From a virus, in IMG/VR virus record IMGVR_UViG_3300042197_000370: a stretch of DNA of 64,000 bases; one strand, written 5' to 3'. The notes beneath the pieces are model-generated. The model did no database searches, was not told the origin of the DNA, and saw only the letters and a program-made list of their open reading frames with translations. Positions 38,831-46,803 of this stretch are shown one piece after another (within the stretch, counting starts at the first letter, position 1; each line of letters starts with the position of its first letter). Both the position numbers and the translations under genes were made by a program.

Positions 38831-39029
38831 GCGCGGCGAACACTTGGTCCTTGAGAGCAGAGGCCTCGTCATGGGGTACATAAAAATCCGTAGTAGGATC
38901 ATAGTACTTACCCTCTTTCACATCGTAGTAGAGGACCCTACCGCTGGGGTAGAAAAAGGGACCTTCCAATCCCTTCCGAGGTTGCCATTTACGTTCCAAC
39001 TCTGAGAGAACCCTGTAGCCCATAATCAA
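38820..39029 (-). CDS. Small hypothetical protein
   Basis: ORF track; YYD-rich (VLYYDVKEGKYYDPTTDFY). Confidence 0.7.
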   Translation of the reverse strand: MIMGYRVLSELERKWQPRKGLEGPFFYPSGRVLYYDVKEGKYYDPTTDFYVPHDEASALKDQVFAALSR

Positions 39030-39493
39030 GCCGCCTTATTCAGATAAGTTTCCACATCCTTACTATCAACAACGTCACCGTTGCGCATAGTATAGGTCAC
39101 AACATAATTCTCACGGTCACCGCCCATGAGCATGTCATACCCTTCGGTCTTGCTAGCAACCTCGGCCCGCATGAAACTATACTCATCGTTAACTACAGTA
39201 CGGCGTGCGACCCAACGACCTTGTTCCCAGTACAGGTTGAACGGGGTCTCCCAAGGTTCAGCCACGACAACATCATCATCGAGGAACGCCCAATTCTGAA
39301 CATACTCCTCGAACATAGGGCTAAACGATTCGATGAGGGCTGTGAGGGTGGGGATACCCGTGTCCTTGATTTTGAGGACTTGCTCGACCGTCAAGTTAGG
39401 GACGATATAAGTCTCACCGCCCTTAAACTTCCAGTAGGGGTTAGTAGCATCACCGTAGTTTTCGCGGATTTGAGTGTTGATAACGATTTTCAT
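39026..39493 (-). CDS. Hypothetical early protein
   Basis: ORF track; GGAG RBS within cassette D. Confidence 0.75.
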   Translation of the reverse strand: MKIVINTQIRENYGDATNPYWKFKGGETYIVPNLTVEQVLKIKDTGIPTLTALIESFSPMFEEYVQNWAFLDDDVVVAEPWETPFNLYWEQGRWVARRTVVNDEYSFMRAEVASKTEGYDMLMGGDRENYVVTYTMRNGDVVDSKDVETYLNKAA

Positions 39494-39494
39494 A

Positions 39495-39556
39495 TCTGCT
39501 CCGTTGTTTGACTGTCTAAGCCTCTATTATATGCCCAAATCGATTATTTGTCAACC
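39495..39556 (-). repeat. Early promoter cassette D
   Basis: TTGACA (39549-39554)-N17-TATAAT (39526-39531); 32 bp identical to cassette C (tgactgtctaagcctctattatatgcccaaat). Confidence 0.85.
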
Positions 39557-39790
39557 GATCACTATTACACGGGGTTCGGTTTCACGATCCATGAAATGAT
39601 TGCCCTGCAGGGGAGCGGTGAAGAAATCTACGGGCTTTGAACGGCGATCATTCTCACCGCACCAAACCCGCTTGATAAACTCTGCACGGAACGTGCCGTC
39701 CATCTTGCTGATGCTCACGACCTTACCGACCATATAGCAATCATTAATACCGACAAAATCAAGACTCTTAACAATGTCGCCAACTTGCAC
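39551..39790 (-). CDS. Small hypothetical protein
   Basis: Probable GTG start at 39790 after the GGAG RBS (VQVGDIVKSLDF...); stop lies inside the -35 box of cassette D. Confidence 0.7.
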   Translation of the reverse strand: MQVGDIVKSLDFVGINDCYMVGKVVSISKMDGTFRAEFIKRVWCGENDRRSKPVDFFTAPLQGNHFMDRETEPRVIVIG

Positions 39791-39794
39791 TTTG

Positions 39795-39892
39795 TTGCTC
39801 CGTTCGTTCATCATGTATAGTATTATGCACCCAAACCGATTTATTGTCAAGCCTTTTTACATAGAAAAAAGGCGTTTAAAATCAACAACTTA
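39795..39892 (-). repeat. Early promoter cassette B (motif + stem-loop + promoter + RBS)
   Basis: TAAGTTGTTGATTTT; perfect hairpin GCCTTTTT-N7-AAAAAGGC (39851-39873); TTGACA (39845-39850)-N17-CATAAT; AACGGAGC. Confidence 0.85.
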
Positions 39893-40465
39893 CAGAATCT
39901 TACTGGAATAGACTTCTACGGACTTGTCTAATTGACGGATAAAATCGACTTCCTGCTGGTCTTTTGGGTCCATTACTGTATGGTCTGCAATGATAATACC
40001 CAACTCAGTAGGGACTGTGGCATGTATACCATCACCACCTGAGGTGCTATGTGCTTGTAATGTAGGCTTGTCAAAAAGCACAGCACCTCGGTCACTTACA
40101 AACATAAGATAATCGGCATAGTGGGCAGGCAATTGGGCATGAGTATTTGTGCCCATACTGTTTGTCAATTTAATGCTACAGTTTTTTCGCAGTTCGTTTT
40201 TCTTACTGGTATAAATTGCACCTTCAGTATATTTCATTTCCAATTTGATATTGTTCAATCCTGTAATAAGAAAGTCAACACCATCTTGTGCAACATACTT
40301 TAGTGTTTTATTGCTATATTGTTCTACTGACTTTTCCAGTATGCGAGCCTTAAGAAAACGTAACTGCTCAGTATTCAGTTGGTGTCCCAATGCTTTAACT
40401 AGTTTACTGAACCTATGCCAGTCAACATTGGTTCGTAGAAAATCAGCAACTTGTTGTGCGGTCAT
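39890..40465 (-). CDS. Putative PD-(D/E)XK restriction-endonuclease-like protein
   Basis: ILEKSVE...DGVDF...KLEMKY catalytic-type spacing. Confidence 0.45.
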   Translation of the reverse strand: MTAQQVADFLRTNVDWHRFSKLVKALGHQLNTEQLRFLKARILEKSVEQYSNKTLKYVAQDGVDFLITGLNNIKLEMKYTEGAIYTSKKNELRKNCSIKLTNSMGTNTHAQLPAHYADYLMFVSDRGAVLFDKPTLQAHSTSGGDGIHATVPTELGIIIADHTVMDPKDQQEVDFIRQLDKSVEVYSSKIL

Positions 40466-40737
40466 GAATTATGTGCCATTCCAAAAATTGAATCAATTGT
40501 ATCACGTGCTTGTTTTAAATCAACACTGATATTTTTTGGGTGATTGTTTACCTTAAACACAATGAAGTTAGGGTTATACACCTTAACTTCTATCTTGTTG
40601 CTATTATAGTCTATTATGATATATCTGTAAACCATATTGTTACCCTCTTTTAAATAGGAATTTAGTGTAAAGGGTAACAGTTTACGGTGTTGTTGTATAT
40701 ATTGGATCAATAAGTCTGTGACTATATCCGAATCCAT
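40462..40737 (-). CDS. Hypothetical protein
   Basis: ORF track; operon context. Confidence 0.5.
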   Translation of the reverse strand: MDSDIVTDLLIQYIQQHRKLLPFTLNSYLKEGNNMVYRYIIIDYNSNKIEVKVYNPNFIVFKVNNHPKNISVDLKQARDTIDSIFGMAHNS

Positions 40738-40739
40738 AG

Positions 40740-41471
40740 TTACAACACTAGTTTGAATTTGTTATCAGGTGTAAGAAATGAAATGTTATCCTTCTTACGT
40801 TCAGAAAATTTAGCCTTAATAGTGATTGACTGACTCTTAACGTGCTGTTCAAACAAGTTAATAAGAACGTTTTGTGATTCAACTGGTAACATTACCTTGT
40901 TTTGATTTTGATCCGTAAACCAGTATTCAATAATATTGTTATACTTTTTATAAGGTGTAGTAGTCTTAATAAATTCTAAAGTCAATTCACCCTTAACTTG
41001 AGTTTCGCCGTTGATAGCGACAAACTCACCACCAAACATATTAATGATTTCTAAGTCATAGAAATAAAAGTAAGGTAACTTGTAAGCAAGACCTAAATAA
41101 CTGTCTGGATAGATATACCCCTGCTCAACATTTTGTCCATCAGTATTGTTAATGAAATTCATTAAGTCTTGACGGTACGTAGTCAATGGAATATTTTTCA
41201 GTTTTAATACCAACATCTTTTGTTGAAAATGTTTGGTAATTTTTTCTGCAAGAATTCTATCCTCTGGTATGATTAGGTTAGATAATCGTGACTCTTTAAG
41301 ACTAAGCATTTTATTCACTTTGTCTTGTTTACACAAACGGTAAATCACACAACTTAATACTAATAGATTGTCATCTACCTTAACAGTAACAGTGCCACTC
41401 TTACGTGATGCTACTCTATCACCCAAAAGGTCACTAATACTAAAAACGTTTTTTGCAGTTGAACTAGTCAT
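40740..41471 (-). CDS. Hypothetical protein
   Basis: ORF track. Confidence 0.7.
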   Translation of the reverse strand: MTSSTAKNVFSISDLLGDRVASRKSGTVTVKVDDNLLVLSCVIYRLCKQDKVNKMLSLKESRLSNLIIPEDRILAEKITKHFQQKMLVLKLKNIPLTTYRQDLMNFINNTDGQNVEQGYIYPDSYLGLAYKLPYFYFYDLEIINMFGGEFVAINGETQVKGELTLEFIKTTTPYKKYNNIIEYWFTDQNQNKVMLPVESQNVLINLFEQHVKSQSITIKAKFSERKKDNISFLTPDNKFKLVL

Positions 41472-41483
41472 ATTGTCTCTTAA

Positions 41484-41942
41484 TTAAATGGTTATATCTT
41501 CCATGCCCGCTGTACGTAATCGCACAATGTGCCCCAATTGCCATTGCTTACTATCTAAGCCCTTCATAATGCCTAACCATTTATTTCTTAGTAAGGCTAC
41601 TTCATTAATCAATACTTCAAAGTCAATGACTTCTTCCTCACCGTCTACATACTTTTCAGCATCACGGCTAGTCAATGCTCTATTATACGCTTCTAAATAT
41701 TTTTGAAAATGTTTTCGGCGAATTTTCCTTAATTGAACATTGAGGTAATTTAATACTGCTTCAATTTCTTGCAGTTGATTGAACCGAAATTCGGTAACGC
41801 CGGGTAAGTTGGCAATGTTCTTTTCAACTTTGCCAGTTACCCTAACGTCATTTTTTGCAGATAGTAACTCATTTTCATAATGAGTTATAAAATCAGGTAT
41901 TACGCTTAGATCCTGTGTGATTCTTGTGTACCAATTCATCAA
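41484..41942 (-). CDS. uvsY: Recombination mediator (T4 UvsY-like)
   Basis: YLEAYNRALTSRDAEKYVDGE...NEVALLRNKWLGIMKGLDSKQWQLGHIVRLRTAGMED. Confidence 0.85.
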   Translation of the reverse strand: MMNWYTRITQDLSVIPDFITHYENELLSAKNDVRVTGKVEKNIANLPGVTEFRFNQLQEIEAVLNYLNVQLRKIRRKHFQKYLEAYNRALTSRDAEKYVDGEEEVIDFEVLINEVALLRNKWLGIMKGLDSKQWQLGHIVRLRTAGMEDITI

Positions 41943-42199
41943 TAATCTTCGTCATCGTAATATTGATCTTCCTCATACTCTTCTTCCTCTTCCTCATATT
42001 CAGTTTCATCCTCTTGTGAGAAAAATTTAAGAGCATCCATTACTGCTTGATCACGCCGAAACATTTCTTTAATTTCGGCAGTGTCAAAATCATTATCAAT
42101 TAATAAATTAATCAATGTCTCTGCCGCTTCATTGTGGTCTGCACGTTGAATAATTGGCTTAAGCCCATCCCATAATTCTTTAACTAATTCTATAGTCAT
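41939..42199 (-). CDS. Small acidic hypothetical protein
   Basis: ORF track; lies between uvsX and uvsY; acidic tail. Confidence 0.7.
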   Translation of the reverse strand: MTIELVKELWDGLKPIIQRADHNEAAETLINLLIDNDFDTAEIKEMFRRDQAVMDALKFFSQEDETEYEEEEEEYEEDQYYDDEDY

Positions 42200-43263
42200 T
42201 CAGCAATTTCCTCCTCAGGTGATACATTACTTATCTTACCCTGAGATTTTTTCTGATACTCTGACATGACTTTATCTAAGCATCCATCTTCATTTGATTC
42301 CCAACCTTTACGGAAAAATTTAATAATCTCTCCATCTTCGGTTGTGTAACTCAGTCGATTACCTTCTTTGGTCAACATGCCTGCCTTTTCAAACAAATCA
42401 AGCAAGCCACTATAAGGATTCATACCAGTCTCATATGGAATCTTGACTTGAACACTTTCAAAAGGCTTTGCGTAACGGGTTTTCATAACCTTACAGGCAC
42501 TACGAATGCCACGTACTTCACTGACTTTGTTGCCGTCATCATCTTCTTTAAGTTTTAGTTTCTTCATTGCAACAACAATACTACTTGCGTAGATGAAGCC
42601 TTGACCACCGCTGATCTTATCGTCTGGATCAAACATATCTTGGCTAGCATATGTGTGATTAGTTGCGACAAGTCCAACATTGTGACTACCAAACATATTC
42701 ACGCAGTTACGAACAAGTGAAGTTAATGCCTTAGGCTTGCGACCCATGTCACCTTTCATATCACCTGATTCAAACTGATTAACGTCGGTTGGAGTCAACA
42801 ACATACCAAGGCTGTCAATAATGAAAAGAACTTTAGGACGATCCTCTGCAGGCATCGTCTTATAACTTTTCATAAACTCACTTATTGTTTTGGCAACATC
42901 ATCAATCATTGCCATGTTAAGTTTTAACAACTTGCTTTCATCAGTATCAACACCGAGTGCTTTCAACCAATCTTCGTCAAGTGCGTTTTCACTATCAACA
43001 AGAACAACAAAGATACCTTGTTGTTGTGCGTGACGTACTAGGTTCCCCGAACAGATGTAACTCTTTCCTGATCCTGATTCTCCGGCAAAGACAGTAACTT
43101 TACCAAGAGGTACGCCTTTATTAAAATCACCACTAATGAGATAATTGAGTGCGTGATTTCCTGTACTGATCCAATCAGTAGGATCATTAAAACCAATACT
43201 AAGTCCTTCAATGGATTTGGTAATATCTTTTCTAAATTTACTAATATCAAATGGCTTACCCAC
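42196..43263 (-). CDS. uvsX: RecA/UvsX recombinase
   Basis: FAGESGSGKS, LVDSENALD, IIDSLG and TNHTY...SGG motifs. Confidence 0.93.
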   Translation of the reverse strand: MGKPFDISKFRKDITKSIEGLSIGFNDPTDWISTGNHALNYLISGDFNKGVPLGKVTVFAGESGSGKSYICSGNLVRHAQQQGIFVVLVDSENALDEDWLKALGVDTDESKLLKLNMAMIDDVAKTISEFMKSYKTMPAEDRPKVLFIIDSLGMLLTPTDVNQFESGDMKGDMGRKPKALTSLVRNCVNMFGSHNVGLVATNHTYASQDMFDPDDKISGGQGFIYASSIVVAMKKLKLKEDDDGNKVSEVRGIRSACKVMKTRYAKPFESVQVKIPYETGMNPYSGLLDLFEKAGMLTKEGNRLSYTTEDGEIIKFFRKGWESNEDGCLDKVMSEYQKKSQGKISNVSPEEEIAE

Positions 43264-43275
43264 ACGGGCCTCCTA

Positions 43276-43509
43276 TCATCGTTGTATGTTCATTCTTATT
43301 CTATCAGAATAACTAATTTTGTCAAGGTAATCTGGACAATGATCCGCAATGCGTTCCAATTCATAGTCACTAGGGTAGTGCCTTAATGCACCTCTAGCCC
43401 TATCTCTAATTATACTTGGTACACGCGGAGTCTTTCCCGGATCACATAGTTCTTCTAATAACTTCCTACCTTGCATTAATGCACGGTATCTTTCGTCTGG
43501 TAGTGTCAT
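43276..43509 (-). CDS. Small conserved protein (BPSL0761-family-like)
   Basis: MTLPDERYRAL...RDRARGALRHYP. Confidence 0.65.
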   Translation of the reverse strand: MTLPDERYRALMQGRKLLEELCDPGKTPRVPSIIRDRARGALRHYPSDYELERIADHCPDYLDKISYSDRIRMNIQR

Positions 43510-43520
43510 GGAATTCTCCT

Positions 43521-43543
43521 AAGAAAGGGGAGGAATCCTCCCC
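43521..43543 (-). terminator. Terminator of the SSB gene
   Basis: GGGGAGG-ATT-CCTCCCC followed by TTTCTT on the minus strand. Confidence 0.75.
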
Positions 43544-43552
43544 GATACCATA

Positions 43553-44545
43553 TTAGGCTGACTTATTCTGCCTTGAGCGAATCATTGCAAGAATATCCTG
43601 CGCTTTATCGCTTGAAGGCTTGTCAGATGCTTTTGGCATAACTACTGGGCTTGATGCTGAGGGAGCATCATCCTCATCGTCTTTTGAGGCAGAAACTGCG
43701 GGTGTGCTGGTTTCAGCAGTCACGGGTCGTTCGTTCGCAGTTCCATTAGGTGCTTCAAGACCATATGGACGATAGTAACTTCCCCAACGTTCGTTGTCAT
43801 AAGGTTGACCATCAACTGATGCTTCAAACATTTCCTTGATGATACGCAACTCTGCCTCGTTAGGCTTCTTGGGTAAGAATTCTGCGAGATTAAAGAGTCC
43901 ATGTGCATCAATAGCAGCCTGTTCTGCTTCAGTTAATGCTGTTTCCTTACGTGCCCAAGTTGATGTGCTATAATCAGCATAACCACCTTTGCTGGTCTTC
44001 TTAACGTTAAAGTCAAGACCACGCATATAGTCAGTTGGCAATTCTTCCATTTCAGGATCCATCAGACTTGACTTGATGATAGTAAAGATTTGTGGGCTGA
44101 TGATGAATCTGCGAATAGGGTTCGCAGGAGTCTTGTCATCGCCAAGTGGGTTCTGACGAACAAAGCCTTGGAAAATATAACTACGTTTCTTCCAATACTT
44201 ATTTGCAAGTTCCTTAAGTGTTTCATCCTTATACCAAGGACGAACTTCTGCAAGAACAGGGCAACTATCACCATACATTTCTACGCAAGGTACTTGAACA
44301 ACTACCTGCTTCATGTTGGGATCACCCTTGACACCATTAAATGGCAACTTGATGATTTGACGTTCTACCCAAAAGAATGTATTCTTTGAATCTGCGTCTG
44401 GCAAGAAACGAACGGTAGCAGTTGTACCTTCGCTCATGTTCCAGTGTGGGTAGATTGCGTTGTCAGATTGGGTTCCAGAACCCTTGTTTTGTGACTTGTT
44501 TTCTTGTGCCGCAATACGGGCACGAATGTCTGCTAGTGAGGCCAT
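43553..44545 (-). CDS. Single-stranded DNA-binding protein (T4 gp32-like)
   Basis: ATVRFLPD, CVEMYGDSCPV, GLDFNVKKTSKGGYADYSTSTW and an acidic tail. Confidence 0.88.
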   Translation of the reverse strand: MASLADIRARIAAQENKSQNKGSGTQSDNAIYPHWNMSEGTTATVRFLPDADSKNTFFWVERQIIKLPFNGVKGDPNMKQVVVQVPCVEMYGDSCPVLAEVRPWYKDETLKELANKYWKKRSYIFQGFVRQNPLGDDKTPANPIRRFIISPQIFTIIKSSLMDPEMEELPTDYMRGLDFNVKKTSKGGYADYSTSTWARKETALTEAEQAAIDAHGLFNLAEFLPKKPNEAELRIIKEMFEASVDGQPYDNERWGSYYRPYGLEAPNGTANERPVTAETSTPAVSASKDDEDDAPSASSPVVMPKASDKPSSDKAQDILAMIRSRQNKSA

Positions 44546-44624
44546 AATATTTCTCCTTAAGTTGGTCTTGATTGAGCCTTAAAATAATTCGCTGATTCCC
44601 TATGAATCAACTAACATAAGCATT

Positions 44625-44663
44625 ATTGTATTACTACACGGTGCCTATGTCAATAGTATTTAT
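44625..44663 (-). promoter_or_regulatory. Dual promoter of the SSB gene
   Basis: TTGACA (44648-44653)-N17-TACAAT (44625-44630), plus late ATAAATA (44657-44663). Confidence 0.75.
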
Positions 44664-44675
44664 GCCGGATGTGGG

Positions 44676-44702
44676 AAACCGCAGAAAAATCTGCGGTTTT
44701 TT
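44676..44702. terminator. Hairpin terminator
   Basis: AAACCGCAGA-AAAA-TCTGCGGTTT inverted repeat just downstream of the 44709-46781 gene. Confidence 0.75.
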
Positions 44703-44708
44703 GTTATG

Positions 44709-46781
44709 TTATTTACCCAATAACCTTAATATAGCGTTGAGGTCTTCCTGTCCCTCTTTCACTTCTTTCTTATGTGCCTTATCCATTGATTTGTTCAAAA
44801 CCTTTTCAGCATCTTTGGCAGCATCTTTGGCTTTGACTGGTGTAGCCTTACCACCTTTAGCATATGGGTTACCTGAACTCTCACCGCCTCTATCACTTGA
44901 TGGTTGTGACTTATCCATTTCATTTAACTCCAATGATTCATTAGCACCTACTAATTTACCGATGTTATTGTTTTTAACTTTTTCAGTTGGGCCTAATTGA
45001 CCTACACGCTTTTGGTCAGCATCAAGACCTTCTTCCATTTCTACTTCATCTAACTTGTCATACTTAGCACGAATGTTTGCCATCTTTTCTTTGCTAGCAC
45101 CATCACGACCTGCTTTGCGCAATGCGTCCATACCTTCTTTACCATACTTCTTATTACCTAAGTATGCTTGCAGCCCACTTTCTTCAACATCTTCAGTTCC
45201 AACTGCGGTGTGATAAAATTCTTTTACCCAATCTTCATCACCGTACTTGTCACAAAATTGTTCTAGTGACATTTTTTCAGCGTCATCCATCATAGCATGT
45301 TTGGTCATACCTTCCTCAAGACCAGTTACATCATGCACTAAATCACCTGCAGTTTTCTTTTCAACTTTGCGAACTCTATCTTGTGCCTGTTTAGCAATTT
45401 GGCCTTGTTTAGTATCATCACTATACGAGGTACCTGCGTCACTGCCGTCTTTCTTTTTACCCAATCTATCAGTGTACATTTGTAATTTAAATTTTAAATC
45501 CTTTTTCTGTGCGTCTGATATGTTTGGATCTTTTAATTGACTTTGTATATGGCCAATGTTTGCTTTTAGTTTGCGTGATAACTTTGTCTCTTCACTATCT
45601 TCTTCTAAATCAAAAGCCTTTAAATTACCTTTTTCTGTATTCTGATTATGTGCTAATGTCTCTGCACCGGGTGCTTCCATTAAATCATCTTCGGGTGCAT
45701 CTTCTCCACCACCTTCACCTGCATCACCGGCAGTATCACCATCTACTTCTTCGCTGGCTTCTGGACCATCACCACCTTCAACTAAACTCTTTGCCCACTC
45801 ATCTAATTCAACTACTTCTTTCATTTCTGTAACGTTCTTTTGTAGTCTTGAAAGAATTGGCATTACGCTTTCAATGCGTGGGTCTAATGTTTCTTGCACA
45901 AATAATTCAGTAAGATTAGTTTCATCACCTTCAGTTTCCATTAATGTTGGTGTGTAACTTTCAAAATACTTGTGATAACCACGATGACCACGCATTCTAC
46001 CTAATGTCTCACGTAGGTTATGATAATGATTAATACCTTCGTTTACTAACTGTTGCGCTGATTCGTTAAATTGATTGCCTCTAGTGGCACGAACGAACCC
46101 TGCCATTTTGGTATACTCTTCACAAAGACCCTTGATGTGGTTCCAACGTTCATCGTTTGGAACACCACCTTCGGCCAAATGTCTGGCATAAACTTGGGCA
46201 ACTCCCGGGCGGGTAGTAGGGGCAAGAATTCTTTCTCCAAGTTGATTCTCCAAAAATATTCTAGCAATGTTGCGATAACGTTGCTCGCCTTCTTGTATTT
46301 GGCGTGTGTGTTGTAGTATGATTTTAACTGTAGGCACAGCATCACTATAACTTGATTGCTTACCCATTGGGTAATACCCTTCGGATATATTTTCTTTCTT
46401 CTTTGTGTATTCTCTTTGTGCCATATCATCACCTAATTTGTTTTTGTCTCGTAACTCAAATCCTAGTTGCTTGCCCATTGCCCAACGCTTTAAATGTTGA
46501 ATGAATGCAGACCAACTGTCATCATATTCTGATCCGTCGCTACGACCGCCGGTATCCATAATATCGTCGTCGTAATATAGTATAACGTCTTGGGCATCGT
46601 CAATTGTTACCCAAGCATCACCCATTTCTTCTCCACCTTTAGTAAAAGTAAAATTGAAAACGTCAGCATCTTGTGGGCTTTCGGTTCTTTGATTTTTACT
46701 ATCCTTAGGTATAGGACGATAACCCCTAGTTTTTAGTAGGTCATAAAGTTTTTTGTTAAATGATTCCTGATCAATAGCCAT
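44709..46781 (-). CDS. Large acidic putative prohead core/internal head protein
   Basis: Many [ILV]xE motifs separating short modules; follows the terminase gene. Confidence 0.6.
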   Translation of the reverse strand: MAIDQESFNKKLYDLLKTRGYRPIPKDSKNQRTESPQDADVFNFTFTKGGEEMGDAWVTIDDAQDVILYYDDDIMDTGGRSDGSEYDDSWSAFIQHLKRWAMGKQLGFELRDKNKLGDDMAQREYTKKKENISEGYYPMGKQSSYSDAVPTVKIILQHTRQIQEGEQRYRNIARIFLENQLGERILAPTTRPGVAQVYARHLAEGGVPNDERWNHIKGLCEEYTKMAGFVRATRGNQFNESAQQLVNEGINHYHNLRETLGRMRGHRGYHKYFESYTPTLMETEGDETNLTELFVQETLDPRIESVMPILSRLQKNVTEMKEVVELDEWAKSLVEGGDGPEASEEVDGDTAGDAGEGGGEDAPEDDLMEAPGAETLAHNQNTEKGNLKAFDLEEDSEETKLSRKLKANIGHIQSQLKDPNISDAQKKDLKFKLQMYTDRLGKKKDGSDAGTSYSDDTKQGQIAKQAQDRVRKVEKKTAGDLVHDVTGLEEGMTKHAMMDDAEKMSLEQFCDKYGDEDWVKEFYHTAVGTEDVEESGLQAYLGNKKYGKEGMDALRKAGRDGASKEKMANIRAKYDKLDEVEMEEGLDADQKRVGQLGPTEKVKNNNIGKLVGANESLELNEMDKSQPSSDRGGESSGNPYAKGGKATPVKAKDAAKDAEKVLNKSMDKAHKKEVKEGQEDLNAILRLLGK

Positions 46782-46803
46782 AATGATATTTAGTCCTAAA
46801 CGG

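Noticed and set aside
38505-39892. Repeated units as a CRISPR array
   Set aside because: The units are separated by protein-coding genes of variable length, contain promoter and RBS elements, and there are no 30-40-nt spacers or cas genes.
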